A stretch of 63,754 nucleotides of DNA, counting the filler, from Craspedostauros australis (lineage: Eukaryota): the NCBI GenBank assembly GCA_030167865.1. It is 9 parts of 9 records of this genome, joined end to end, with 100 filler letters (N's around TTAATTAATTAA, not from the genome) between each part and the next. Parts side by side here need not be neighbours in the genome. Positions count along the whole stretch, not along the records: positions 41,479 to 48,312 come from JALAGF010003709.1; positions 48,413 to 49,720 come from JALAGF010003713.1; positions 49,821 to 53,556 come from JALAGF010003715.1; positions 53,657 to 56,309 come from JALAGF010003716.1; 5 more parts are not named here. One strand, written 5' to 3'. Positions 45,301 through 56,409 of this stretch are shown here, one piece after another. The notes under the pieces were generated by a model. That model worked only from the letters and a program-made list of their open reading frames with translations, was not told where the DNA came from and did not search any database. Position numbers and translations under genes: made by a program. Numbering within the stretch: the stretch's first letter is position 1; every line of letters begins with the position of its first letter.

Positions 45301-47161
45301 CGTCCAGTTCCTCCACATTGGGAATGCCATGCGTCAGAAAGAATCGGAAGGGAGCATTCTTATCGCAGAAACGCTGCGAGTAGATGGCGGGGTTTTGGTT
45401 GGCCATGTAGTACGCTCCATCGCTGGTGGAATGCTTCATGCCAATGGCCTTGAGCAGCGGGTGGCGTTTGGTCATGCTCAGAATCGGCATGTAGTGCATC
45501 CATGGTGCCACGTTGTCTTCGCGATCGCACTTGACATTCAGCACCGTGTTTCTGCGTCTCTGTTGCAGATGCGCATCTTGTTTCAGACGCTTTTGTCCCT
45601 TCTTTTGTTGCCTCTGCTTCTTGGCAGGCGGGGTGCCGCGCTTGCCTTTCTTCTGGGCAGGTGACGCTTTGGGGCCGGTCTTGGTCGATTTTGGTTTCGG
45701 AGAGGAGGTCTTCTTGCGTGGCACATCAGCTGCCTTTGGTAGTTGGTCATGAACTGACTTTCTCTTGACACCCTTCTTCTTGAGAGTTGTTGGAGCGGAG
45801 TTGCTTGTGGGAGCTTCTGTGTTTCCGGTTGCGACGGCAGATGTGGGTGTGGGTGTGCTGGCTGCACCAGTTGTTGAACTCCAATTGTAGTGCTCATAGC
45901 AGAAACGCTTCAATTCATCCCTCGTCATGAGAGGGAAGGGAGATGCGGAGCTGGATGGGACTTGGTACATGAAGATGTTTTGGTTCGTTTGGGAGGCACC
46001 TCTCGCGTTGCCAGCGTTGCTGCGATCCACTCTGCGGGATGTCATGCCAGCAAAGGTGAGCTTGATCATGACCGCGGCAAAGTCATCGGTTGGTTCCAGC
46101 GGCGAATCCAGTTTCGGTGGAACGGGCGGTGGCGCCGTGCTGGTCGATTTCGCTGTAGGCGTTGATGGCGCAGACTGGCTTGTGGTCTGATGAGCGTTGA
46201 TTCGCAAATCCTTGGCAGTTGATTGCTGTTCGCTGCGCAAGGGGATGACCGTACTTGCACCAACGGAGCGATCATCCGTGGTGTTGCGAGTGCAGGTGGA
46301 GACCGATGTCGAGTCTTCCGCAACGGAAACGGCCGCAACACTCCGGCTATCCCAATGTGTCTCTCTTGGAGGTCGCTGTGGTTGTGCTGGCTGAGATTGC
46401 AACTGCTGCTGTTGTTGCTTTGGGGGGAGTCCCAACCGTTGTCTGCATCTTTGCTCAAACAAGGTGTATCTGTGCTCGTTGGTCACGGCTGCGCCCCCAA
46501 CGGAGACCGCCGTCTGCTTGGAGGTCCTGCGTTGTTGGATGTACGACATGACTTCATCCAGAGCTCGGTGGAAGATGATCCAGTCGTCGTCCGCGGCAAA
46601 GATCTCGCGCCGGTTCATCTGATGGTACATGTAGGGCTTTCTGCCTCGCAGGAATTCCGTGCACTCGTTGACGTGGCCCTTCGTGAGGACCATGATTTCC
46701 AACGGATATCCGAACAGCTTGGCGAGCAGAGGTTGAGCATGCTGTTGGTTCGACGGTGCATCCATTTCCAAGCAATCATCGGCGCTGAGCATGGACTCCA
46801 TGAAAATGGCGGTGAGTGTCGTCTGTGCATCGTTCCATTGTTGCGGTGGCATGATCTTCTCCAGATCCTCCAGCATCTCATCAAAGTCAGGATACACCAC
46901 AGCGGGCCAATGGATCGGAGGCGATTCACGTTGTTGCTGCTGCTGCTGTGTTGCGGGAGTCTCCGCGAGGTCTGGTGATTGTGCTTGTTGCACAGGCAGA
47001 GAGGTGGTGTGGAGGGGAATCCACATGAGCGTCGGTCGCATGATCTGCGTCGCTTTCATCGTCTGTCGTTGCTGTTGCTGCTGCTGCTGCAGTTGAGAAG
47101 AAGGATCCATGGTGTTGGGCGCCCGTTGATCGGCAACTTGCGAGGTAGCAGCTGCTATCAT
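42368..47161 (-). CDS. Large putative nuclear protein: PWWP/Tudor-like N-terminal motif, basic region, 4-5 internal repeats, acidic tail
   Basis: Open frame of 1800 codons; likely start 47161 or 47110; IHWPAVVYPDF; Lys-rich NLS-like tract; repeated AW.LL.K.G...F.S...LR..L...GIP units. Confidence 0.75.
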   Translation of the reverse strand: MIAAATSQVADQRAPNTMDPSSQLQQQQQQQRQTMKATQIMRPTLMWIPLHTTSLPVQQAQSPDLAETPATQQQQQQRESPPIHWPAVVYPDFDEMLEDLEKIMPPQQWNDAQTTLTAIFMESMLSADDCLEMDAPSNQQHAQPLLAKLFGYPLEIMVLTKGHVNECTEFLRGRKPYMYHQMNRREIFAADDDWIIFHRALDEVMSYIQQRRTSKQTAVSVGGAAVTNEHRYTLFEQRCRQRLGLPPKQQQQQLQSQPAQPQRPPRETHWDSRSVAAVSVAEDSTSVSTCTRNTTDDRSVGASTVIPLRSEQQSTAKDLRINAHQTTSQSAPSTPTAKSTSTAPPPVPPKLDSPLEPTDDFAAVMIKLTFAGMTSRRVDRSNAGNARGASQTNQNIFMYQVPSSSASPFPLMTRDELKRFCYEHYNWSSTTGAASTPTPTSAVATGNTEAPTSNSAPTTLKKKGVKRKSVHDQLPKAADVPRKKTSSPKPKSTKTGPKASPAQKKGKRGTPPAKKQRQQKKGQKRLKQDAHLQQRRRNTVLNVKCDREDNVAPWMHYMPILSMTKRHPLLKAIGMKHSTSDGAYYMANQNPAIYSQRFCDKNAPFRFFLTHGIPNVEELDERTRCIVELLARHSNDPKSAWLAQKLDTRLLTSKEAWGLLQKYGFQKAPRTGMITAPPQSGLPLKQFVSLKHLRRYLRGIPDLQEACSEQNTTSSRTGRKARRATTKIKQILNDGEELALRLWLATSRAPIPTYGDDPESDHAEMDKSYEDIEVSELENGSAQWETLHILNPSHKKSKDAADGSDGKEQEEENEAVNLVDGVELQREEEGEQNTAMNGLPVDDDGTNSGGSRDNNREAASGVKIDSQHSHHAVSGSKHGTGGCDGDASMKSETNTEIEVESESEGQIEIEADASATSDDFPQGTIPFEPLVTTSVAWNLLMKCGCTYSGTYRLPGETSANMSHLDRFESINALRKFLCREGIPLYQDNLYRLTADEQTDLKRWIMFANIKSWDIPRLSYAPITDEEAETMLKKSGFRKDGIRYYFPSVANTDSNSNDAGIQEIEGLSFLRCLSGVRYHIRNLDDMAKLGYADDQQSLRRRKRRDHRRSPLSEDEVRSLQLWAAECDDELPTFQFFPVMDDDEGDGDSAAEEGEVDAAVDTGNADSEDNGNGNGNGNSESSSENEEEGEIDESGDDHVATASTNASTDRQTAEQDSGNGNGNDEGIGMTGEHRVDMNGGDVATITETIEQTSAPVAGDNEATTFTANANEDISEAVSTVDDKASKRNRIADAAATVGISDSVSIVKNGAIANDIPAASRPPATLEALVEAAAASAASASQDEAHVAETEMAPDSKVRTDPVPPPQTGACVPKSAGDSHQQQQPEAHHHQHEAQAAIFNSAKVATMVNKTETTSNNSGDLSQEMEIMPEGRQHDELQQNWLAVFSQAEEEARHEAIADVSTTTASAMNIESNGSDDMLEEASDDQANVDDEKATEETSQLNDHGYNGDDDNDGMLVDDVNGTAYVREDAPLYTQPDNDTHDAIHNSYRNAEDEPEEAHYPHQYQELQQPLRQQRFSTNMELIQGYADCSEDMFESTFMH

Positions 47162-48156
47162 GGGATTTGTGTGAAGATGCACCTGCCGAAGCCGATGATG
47201 ATGTGCGTATGTGCTCAAAGACCCTTGCGCCCTGCTGTATTCCAAGCTGATCGAGGAGGGAACGATACGAAGCCAATCAGTTAGTGCCAAATCGCCGACA
47301 AGCGAGACGCCCGTTGCTTCACGATGATGCCAATCGTTGTTGCTGTTGATGCAGCAGTTCTGGCCTTGGTTGGAGTTGATGTACTCTATCTTGGATGTTG
47401 TGCTGTCGTTGTTGTTGTTGTTTTTATTATTGTCGATGCTTCTCCTCCCTTGATGATGTTTCCTGTTATACTTCCAAGAAGGAGAACGATGAGATGTGTT
47501 ATTTGAACAAATCTCCAATTTCTCGTTCTTGTTCTTGTTTGTGTTGTTTTGTGTTGTTGTGTGGTTTGTGATCGCTACGTCAAATCCTACACAAATGTTG
47601 TACCACAGAAATTGGCGCGCAATCGCCGATTTCGCCAGAAAGGACTGGTTTTGGTCGTCTGGGTCGGAGGCAATCGCGATCAAATAGTACTTGATTAGTT
47701 TTCCACAGATCAGATCGTGCCCCACGTCAGCAATTGAAGTCTTGGTGTCTTCTCTTTCTTGATTGGCCAATCAGAGAGTCGGGTGTGATGGGGGTTCCCA
47801 TTTCAAACTCCGTGGTTATTGTTCCCGTGACAAATGTTCACAACGACTCCATCGTGGAAATGACCAACAGAAACCCACAAAAGTCGCGACCGAAACAAGA
47901 TGCTTCACACTGCCGTTGTCACGGATGGGAATCCGAACAGAATCGAGGGCGGGATGGTGGTGGTGTGATGTGCGGGCACCACCGCCACCAAGTTCCCAAG
48001 GGTTCGGGGTCTTGGTATGTGAAGTCGACATTGATCACAAATCATCTGAGAGCAGAGCACAAGCCGCAACCTCAAGTGCCACATTCCATCACGCTCCATC
48101 CATCACATTACATCAGACATCATCACATCACGATCTGGCATTTCGAAGCATCAACG

Positions 48157-48312
48157 ATGGGCGTCATCACCAGAAGATTGATTGCCTTGGCGGCCGTCCT
48201 CGTCTGCGGAGCTTTGGATCTCGGATTGCCATGGGGATGCCCATCAGCGGTCGTTCAAGCTGCGCAGGATGGTGCCTTCCAGGTCAAGATCATGCATTCT
48301 GATCCTGCCTCT
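48157..48312 (+). CDS. 5' end of a signal-peptide protein, truncated by a gap
   Basis: MGVITRRLIALAAVLVCGAL... remains open to the spacer. Confidence 0.45.
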
Positions 48313-48412
48313 NNNNNNNNNNNNNNNNNNNNNNNNNNNNNNNNNNNNNNNNNNNNTTAATTAATTAANNNNNNNNNNNNNNNNNNNNNNNNNNNNNNNN
48401 NNNNNNNNNNNN

Positions 48413-49720
48413 CGTTGCTTGCGACTGCCGTATTGTTCCTCTGGGAGCAGGCTGTTGGCTTCGGCGTGGCTCATCATCTCCCTTCCGATCTTTTTCAAGT
48501 TGGCGTTGAAGTCGCCTTCGACCAAGCTGATTGTTCGGAATCGGTTGACTCTGAAATTGCCTTCCTCCTTCAGCAGGGTTATGTCGGAGCATCTGAGCCA
48601 TCGCTTCAGGTTGTACCCTGTACGCAAGGATATCTCTCGCATGGCTGCGTCCGTAGTTGCGACCTCGAGCACTTTTGCGTTTGCTTTCCACGTTCCGAAG
48701 TGCAGTCCTGAGGGCCCTGAGGCCGTACGCTCCCGTGCTCGCGCCCAGGCTTGCTGATGCTCCTTTACCGGCACTTCCAATCGATGCTCTTCCCATAACG
48801 GCGCTAGACTGGCGGACTGCAGCTGCTCGAGCAGAGCCTGAGCGTGCTGGTCCATGGACCGCCTGTGTCGCCTCGCCGCATGGTCGATCCCGCCGTGCTC
48901 CAGACTCCGCTTGAAGCTGTCTGTTTGCAGCGGCGTCACGTATGCCTGCCTGTATTTTTGTTCGTTGGCTTGCATGCATTGGCTGATGACATCTTGTTCC
49001 TTGCTGTACGTCCGTTCCTCTCCTGTGCTGTCGGTTGCGATGACCATTGTGACTTTGCTTCCGCTGGAGTCTCCCTGGATCGCTCGCTTGATGGAGCGAA
49101 ATGTTTTGGCAGTCTCCTCCCTTGCGATGAGTACCGCCAGCGCGGTGCTTGCGGAGGTGTTGCCAACTTCGGCCATCTCGTCAGCTCGTTGTTCCAGGAA
49201 TGTGCGTCGGTGCTCGAGGGCGTCGCGCTTTACTCGCTTCCATTGTTCATGCGCTACCTTCCGTCTTTGCTGGAGCTCTGCTTGGGTGAGATGCGCTGTC
49301 GGTTGTCGTATGCCCGCTTGCTTCTTCACTCGGTCGTACCATCGCGCGCTGACCCTTGCTCCTTGTCTTCGTTTCCACGCAATTTCCCAGAATTTCTTTT
49401 TCATGGCTGCTGTTTTGATTGTCGGTGAATACGGCACTCGTCCTGCGAATACTCGCCGGGATCCTTTCTCTGCTTGTAGCATGATCTCTGTTCGTTCCTT
49501 GTCTATGCTTTCGATCTCTTCAATGAGCGCGTCAGTTTGGTCTGGTTTGTGTCGTACTGTTGCTAGCACGGTGGCCGCTCGTTGTGGAAGCCTGGCTTTG
49601 TCGTATCCTGATTCCACTGCCTTTTGATATTTGCGCAATGTGGTTGGCTTGTTGGTCTGTAACCGCCTGCCTTCGAACTTCTTCGTTGGCCTGCTGAGGG
49701 CTCCGAAGATGGACTCGCCT
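48413..49720 (-). mobile_element. Non-LTR retrotransposon fragment: endonuclease-RT linker and RT N-terminus
   Basis: Whole contig is one open frame; ERTASGPSGLHFG.WKA, W....ITLLKE.G...V.RFRTI.L.EGDFN...K, EQYGSRK are early LINE RT motifs. Confidence 0.9.
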
Positions 49721-50399
49721 NNNNNNNNNNNNNNNNNNNNNNNNNNNNNNNNNNNNNNNNNNNNTTAATTAATTAANNNNNNNNNNNNNNNNNNNNNNNN
49801 NNNNNNNNNNNNNNNNNNNNGCGACCGATGGTGGGATACGTCTACATCTTTGTCGGCGACGTCTACGATGTGACGAATTGCGTTTGTTATTACGATGCCA
49901 TGCCAACCTGCTTGCAGCGGCAACCCCGGATCCTGAATCAACCATCGGTGATGCGGTCGTCCGAGCCGATACCGAATGTGACGTGTTCATGATGTGGTGG
50001 AGACGCGCCGCTTTGGAGTTTTGTGAGGATCGACCGCAGCGCAGTCAAAATAGCAGCAGTTGCGCATGCTTGATTGCCAACTTCGATCACCTTGTCTTCT
50101 TGCGAACTTTGGGATCGTTGACATGGCCGAACGTCGTGCAATGAGATATCATCAGATGGAAACTATGTTACGAGAGCGCAACGATGCGATGACTCCTGAG
50201 GGTTATGCAAATGGGATCAATCTGGTGGCAGTCTCACAAGCATGTACATACTGCGCGCAGCCAAAGCATGAACGTTTTGTGGGTAAAACACAATGTACTC
50301 TTGCATTTGAGTGCTGTGTTGATTTTCTTCCCGCAATAGTCTATTACCCTATACTACTCCGCATTTCACTGTTAGTGTTAGTGTTAGTGTTGTGGTTGT

Positions 50400-51554
50400 T
50401 CACGTCTGCCTCCAATCTTTCCACGTCTTCATGTAGGGCCGAATGGCATCACCCGACCGCTTCCACATGTGCGTCATCAAGATCTCTTCATCGAAACATA
50501 GATGCAGATCGCGATCATGCAACACGTCCTGCAACGTCGCAAAGTACGTCTCGAGAACGCGCATCCACGCCGCGCGCGTCCCCAACATGACGCCGGCACG
50601 AAATCGGATCTTGCTGTGATTCCACGTCGTGATGCTGGGTCGGAAGTAGACGACGTCGCCCTGGATCGTGCGGTGGTAGACGCCGTGCAGAAGTTGCGTG
50701 GCCAACGCGCCGTCCATCCAGGCGAAGTAGGTTTTGTCGCAGTGATCGTGCAGCGTCTGATTGACGAGATGCATTTTGGAGATCCAAATGGAGATGACGT
50801 TGATCCAGTGGCGCAGCGGGTCGGCTCGTGGCAATATGGATGGAACGATGGCATGGTCGCCACGTAGTTGCATGGCGCGTTGCAACAATCGCGAATGTTG
50901 CAGCGCTTTGTCCATCTTGCCGAACGACGTCAAGTTCTGGTGTTGGCAATGATCCAGCACGAGCCTGCGGGCTTCGTCGTAGCGCAGATCCTCGAGTGGT
51001 GTGTACTTGAAGTGGATGGGCGACTCTTTGCGCACGTATTCCCCAAGGATGGCTTCAAATGGATCGCTGGTTGCCGCTCCTTGCATCGTTGCATGCGTAT
51101 CGACGTTGGTATGGTACAAGATGACGGTCTTGCGGTTGGTCGACCACCGATGAAAGAACTTGAGGGTCTTGGACACATCGTTGGTGAATTGCTGCACATC
51201 GTTCTTGACGTTCAATGGGATCTTCCAATATCCCGACGTGATCACGAGATCGTCCATGATGCTGTCGATGCGGACGCTCTCGTTCCGTTTGGTGCGGTTC
51301 GTGGAGGGGCATACTCGTATGTTTGGCTGCGTATAGTGCACATCATTGTCGTTGGCACTGGCATGGCCGTCTGCGGATGATGCGACTGCCATGACATCCG
51401 CCTCAGTCTGGACTTGCATGCGAATCTGAGTGGATTGCAAAGAGACGGCATTCATCTGCTTCACGATCATCACCGCGGCGAAGATGACGATGCAGCAGAA
51501 GTACAGGAAACCATGATGGCATCGTCGACCTGATGCCTTTCGTTGTTGCGTCAT
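50400..51554 (-). CDS. Type II membrane protein, HtrL/YibB-like putative glycosyltransferase, copy 1
   Basis: N-terminal TM (FLYFCCIVIFAAVMIV); VITSGYW, IW.SK..LV, YFAWMDG, RFRAGVMLG, DEEILM. Family is tentative. Confidence 0.62.
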   Translation of the reverse strand: MTQQRKASGRRCHHGFLYFCCIVIFAAVMIVKQMNAVSLQSTQIRMQVQTEADVMAVASSADGHASANDNDVHYTQPNIRVCPSTNRTKRNESVRIDSIMDDLVITSGYWKIPLNVKNDVQQFTNDVSKTLKFFHRWSTNRKTVILYHTNVDTHATMQGAATSDPFEAILGEYVRKESPIHFKYTPLEDLRYDEARRLVLDHCQHQNLTSFGKMDKALQHSRLLQRAMQLRGDHAIVPSILPRADPLRHWINVISIWISKMHLVNQTLHDHCDKTYFAWMDGALATQLLHGVYHRTIQGDVVYFRPSITTWNHSKIRFRAGVMLGTRAAWMRVLETYFATLQDVLHDRDLHLCFDEEILMTHMWKRSGDAIRPYMKTWKDWRQT

Positions 51555-53657
51555 GCCATGGCTGCTGCCTCTGCTTCTGCTGCTGCTGCTGCTGCTGCTG
51601 TTGGTTTGGAGAAGTGAGATGAGATAGAACTGGGGAGCCGAAATGAGATAGATAGATGGATGAGATATGTGTGTCTGTGCGGATTGTGATTCTGACGGGT
51701 TGGGTGGTTCGACTTTCTCGGTGGCAGTCATTTCAGGGAGTTGAGGGAGTTAGGCGAATCTTGGCAAAATGCCTCCATTTTGTGTGTTGTGATGGAGGAA
51801 ATGAAGCAAAGGACTTGGGACTTTCCAACACACAACCATGGCTACATGTGTAGAATACTCCAGAGTGTGGTTCTTGGACGCAAAGAGAGGTGATACGACC
51901 TGCAGAGAATGTAAAATGCCCCAAGCCAACAAGCGATAACACTAGTTGTGGAGTCTTACTCGTCATGAGTCGTGATAAAGTAGACTAAAATAGAGCACAT
52001 CCAACACCATCCAAATTACTGCTTATGATGTTATATCTCGACACCACACCATTTAAAATTAGAACTAGACAGTGCATTCGGACGCTTGGCTATCGCTTAT
52101 TCTGAATATCGAAGTTGAATTTGTTTGAACTTTATTTTTAATGTTGTTTTGGCTTGCTGACTGTCATGTGGTGGATTCCAAAAACTCTCGATGGCACCAT
52201 GCTGCCCTACCTTCAGCACCCATGATCATCATTATCATCCCTGGCATTTTCACAATCCGCGCACCACACTGGCTCCGCACACCCCCCATCTATCCACCCC
52301 ATGAAGGACAGGCAAATCTGGGCGCATTTCATACTCCAAAGCCTCCCTGCACTGAAACGCAGAAATTTCGAACACCTGATTCCGACACGGATGCCGTTCA
52401 GATTTGGATCCGTATCTCGTCGATACGATCCTTGCAGCTCCTCCACATGCCCCTCATGCGTTCCCACATTATCTGGCGACACACTGATGTGTTCAGAATG
52501 GGTGGGGCGCTCATACCTCCAAAGGTACACCTCCATGTGATGATGTCATCATGCTGTTTTTCCGACACCCAAAAAAGTCCCTTTCGTGTGCATCCCACCT
52601 TGCAGCCTCTTCCAGACCGTATCTGCGCAGGATACTTGGACACGGCCATCTTGAGTTGATTCTGAACACATCTTGAATGGGTACCTTGGCGATTTGGGTG
52701 ACTTGTCGATGGCACCCATCACCAGCGAAGTCACGTGATGTGTCCGCCGCCACCCACCAAAAAACTCTTGCCCTCCACTTGTTTCTTGCGGAGGGCACCT
52801 TCCAGGCCACCCCCGACCCTCAAACCTCGTGTGCATCTTCATCGTATTCTCTTGGATGCATATTGCCCATCCATGGTCGTTGGGATGACCTGTGTATTCC
52901 AGGCAGAAACCATATCCAATGAGCAGATTTTCGCCCGGATCGTGTCGTGTGCGCGTGGGCCTGCCACGGTCCCAAATCAACCACGATGGCATCCCCCTCT
53001 CGCTCATCTACCAAGCTTTACATGGCAGTTCCGCCTATGCGCTCAGATCTTGCACTGGACCGCTGGTTGTGGCAGTGCCATCGATGCCGTTCGACGGCGC
53101 TTGTGGAGTTTTGTTGTGTTTCTCCATTGTCGTGTTGTTGTGTTGTGTTTGGTGTTCTCAAACAGTTTTTGCTGTTGGGGGCCATGGAGATTAACCACAA
53201 ATCTACCGAATATGCCCATCAATGAGAACACTTTTCGAGTCCCGAATTGCGCCTCCATTCCACAACGATACAGCGGAGGCACAAAATCCTCGTCACAAAG
53301 TTGACAGAGGAAACACAGCGCATCTCAAACGAGTTCCTCCTGTTTCTCTGCTGCTTGTAGTCATAGCTTACACAGAATGTAGAATGACTGTGACCTTCCC
53401 ACAAAGGAAAGAGTGGATGGTACAAGGCACCTTGTGACCATCCTCCGTGTTGTCCATGCCGTTCTGTGGTGGGCTGCGCCGTGCTGCGCGTCAATGACTG
53501 GTGATGCGCTGTGCTGTGCTGTGCTGTTCTCCTTGTGTGCCTGATGTGCGTCATGANNNNNNNNNNNNNNNNNNNNNNNNNNNNNNNNNNNNNNNNNNNN
53601 TTAATTAATTAANNNNNNNNNNNNNNNNNNNNNNNNNNNNNNNNNNNNNNNNNNNNC

Positions 53658-54812
53658 ATGACGCAACAACGAAAGGCATCAGGTCGACGATGCCATCATG
53701 GTTTCCTGTACTTCTGCTGCATCGTCATCTTCGCCGCGGTGATGATCGTGAAGCAGATGAATGCCGTCTCTTTGCAATCCACTCAGATTCGCATGCAAGT
53801 CCAGACTGAGGCGGATGTCATGGCAGTCGCATCATCCGCAGACGGCCATGCCAGTGCCAACGACAATGATGTGCACTATACGCAGCCAAACATACGAGTA
53901 TGCCCCTCCACGAACCGCACCAAACGGAACGAGAGCGTCCGCATCGACAGCATCATGGACGATCTCGTGATCACGTCGGGATATTGGAAGATCCCATTGA
54001 ACGTCAAGAACGATGTGCAGCAATTCACCAACGATGTGTCCAAGACCCTCAAGTTCTTTCATCGGTGGTCGACCAACCGCAAGACCGTCATCTTGTACCA
54101 TACCAACGTCGATACGCATGCAACGATGCAAGGAGCGGCAACCAGCGATCCATTTGAAGCCATCCTTGGGGAATACGTGCGCAAAGAGTCGCCCATCCAC
54201 TTCAAGTACACACCACTCGAGGATCTGCGCTACGACGAAGCCCGCAGGCTCGTGCTGGATCATTGCCAACACCAGAACTTGACGTCGTTCGGCAAGATGG
54301 ACAAAGCGCTGCAACATTCGCGATTGTTGCAACGCGCCATGCAACTACGTGGCGACCATGCCATCGTTCCATCCATATTGCCACGAGCCGACCCGCTGCG
54401 CCACTGGATCAACGTCATCTCCATTTGGATCTCCAAAATGCATCTCGTCAATCAGACGCTGCACGATCACTGCGACAAAACCTACTTCGCCTGGATGGAC
54501 GGCGCGTTGGCCACGCAACTTCTGCACGGCGTCTACCACCGCACGATCCAGGGCGACGTCGTCTACTTCCGACCCAGCATCACGACGTGGAATCACAGCA
54601 AGATCCGATTTCGTGCCGGCGTCATGTTGGGGACGCGCGCGGCGTGGATGCGCGTTCTCGAGACGTACTTTGCGACGTTGCAGGACGTGTTGCATGATCG
54701 CGATCTGCATCTATGTTTCGATGAAGAGATCTTGATGACGCACATGTGGAAGCGGTCGGGTGATGCCATTCGGCCCTACATGAAGACGTGGAAAGATTGG
54801 AGGCAGACGTGA
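53658..54812 (+). CDS. Same protein, copy 2 (inverted)
   Basis: Identical 384-aa translation. Confidence 0.62.
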   Translation: MTQQRKASGRRCHHGFLYFCCIVIFAAVMIVKQMNAVSLQSTQIRMQVQTEADVMAVASSADGHASANDNDVHYTQPNIRVCPSTNRTKRNESVRIDSIMDDLVITSGYWKIPLNVKNDVQQFTNDVSKTLKFFHRWSTNRKTVILYHTNVDTHATMQGAATSDPFEAILGEYVRKESPIHFKYTPLEDLRYDEARRLVLDHCQHQNLTSFGKMDKALQHSRLLQRAMQLRGDHAIVPSILPRADPLRHWINVISIWISKMHLVNQTLHDHCDKTYFAWMDGALATQLLHGVYHRTIQGDVVYFRPSITTWNHSKIRFRAGVMLGTRAAWMRVLETYFATLQDVLHDRDLHLCFDEEILMTHMWKRSGDAIRPYMKTWKDWRQT

Positions 54813-55219
54813 ACAACCACAACACTAACACTAACACTAACAGTGAAATGCGGAGTAGTATAGGGTAATAGACTATTGCGGGAAGAAAATCAACACAGCA
54901 CTCAAATGCAAGAGTACATTGTGTTTTACCCACAAAACGTTCATGCTTTGGCTGCGCGCAGTATGTACATGCTTGTGAGACTGCCACCAGATTGATCCCA
55001 TTTGCATAACCCTCAGGAGTCATCGCATCGTTGCGCTCTCGTAACATAGTTTCCATCTGATGATATCTCATTGCACGACGTTCGGCCATGTCAACGATCC
55101 CAAAGTTCGCAAGAAGACAAGGTGATCGAAGTTGGCAATCAAGCATGCGCAACTGCTGCTATTTTGACTGCGCTGCGGTCGATCCTCACAAAACTCCAAA
55201 GCGGCGCGTCTCCACCACA

Positions 55220-56167
55220 TCATGAACACGTCACATTCGGTATCGGCTCGGACGACCGCATCACCGATGGTTGATTCAGGATCCGGGGTTGCCGCTGCAA
55301 GCAGGTTGGCATGGCATCGTAATAACAAACGCAATTCGTCACATCGTAGACGTCGCCGACAAAGATGTAGACGTATCCCACCATCGGTCGCTCCTGTCTA
55401 CGGCATAGATCTTCACACCAAACTTCGTCCCACATGCCGCGGTACATCTTCGTCGTCGTTGCGTTCCAAAACGGCACGGCCTCGTCGGCGTCGAAGAGGT
55501 AGGTGTAGTCGAACGGCGACGCCGTCGGCGATGGCGTCAATACGTCAGGGACAATGTCACCGGATTGATTGCTGTCTTGCCAAGGCGCCGATTCCAAGAG
55601 GGTGAGGAGGATGGACAAGAACACCACGATACAAATACCGCCGAACAAGATGCAATGCGTATTGCGGGCTCGTTTTCGGCGTTGCAGATGCTCGGGATCG
55701 AAGTAGCCGTCGAGCAGTTCGTTGTCATCATCGAAGTCGACCATCTCGATGGCGGAGCTTTGCTGCTGTTGCTGCATGGAGGACATGACGGCGTGCGTCA
55801 GGGCTTCGTCGTTGTTGTTGTGTTCGATGGGCGATATGGTGGCGAGGGGGGTCTCGGAGGCCAGGCTGTCCTGCTGGACGAGGAGCGCCTCTGCCACCAC
55901 CTCGGGGACTTCGGGGGAGGATTGCGCGTTGTTCGCGGACTCTTCTGTCGCAGCAGCAGCATCTTGCGTCTCTTCTGCTGCCTCTGTTGCTACTTCTGCT
56001 TCTGTTGTTGGTTCTGGTTCTGTTGTTGGTGCTGCTTCTGTTACTTCTGCTGGTTCTGGTTCTGCTTGTACTGCTGCTTGTGACTCAGGGTCTTCCTCGT
56101 TGTGGATGATCTTGGCATTGGCATACACGATGGGCAGTTCCTCGTCGGCTTCGGTGGGGCTTGACAT
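55220..56167 (-). CDS. Single-pass membrane protein with acidic N-terminus and a small Cys-rich C-terminal domain
   Basis: E/A/T-rich tandem motifs, RRKRAR then TM ILFGGICIVVFLSILLTLL, PSPTASP stalk, WCEDLC...CVCYY...C...C. Its 3' end is repeated at 49821-49992 (+). Confidence 0.75.
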   Translation of the reverse strand: MSSPTEADEELPIVYANAKIIHNEEDPESQAAVQAEPEPAEVTEAAPTTEPEPTTEAEVATEAAEETQDAAAATEESANNAQSSPEVPEVVAEALLVQQDSLASETPLATISPIEHNNNDEALTHAVMSSMQQQQQSSAIEMVDFDDDNELLDGYFDPEHLQRRKRARNTHCILFGGICIVVFLSILLTLLESAPWQDSNQSGDIVPDVLTPSPTASPFDYTYLFDADEAVPFWNATTTKMYRGMWDEVWCEDLCRRQERPMVGYVYIFVGDVYDVTNCVCYYDAMPTCLQRQPRILNQPSVMRSSEPIPNVTCS

Positions 56168-56409
56168 GGCTGCGGAAGTCTAATGCAATGCAATGCAATG
56201 GAGTATAATAGGTCGTCTGCAATGGGATGGAGGGTGGATGGATATTATGAGCTTTTGCAGTGGAACAACGGAAGTTGCGCGTCATTGTTGTGTTGTTGTT
56301 TACTCGTGTNNNNNNNNNNNNNNNNNNNNNNNNNNNNNNNNNNNNNNNNNNNNTTAATTAATTAANNNNNNNNNNNNNNNNNNNNNNNNNNNNNNNNNNN
56401 NNNNNNNNN

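Larger units (their letters stand above)
49821..55391. repeat. 1735-bp inverted repeat: 49821-51555 is the reverse complement of 53657-55391
   Basis: Mirror-image ORFs with coordinate sum 105212; each arm begins at a contig start. Confidence 0.97.

Noticed and set aside
47162..47770. N-terminal 200 aa of the 1800-aa ORF
   Set aside because: Non-ATG start and AAC-rich leader-like composition; probably 5' UTR.
52141..53304. Overlapping short ORFs as a decayed transposase
   Set aside because: No DDE motif or terminal repeats identifiable by eye; needs a repeat-library search.
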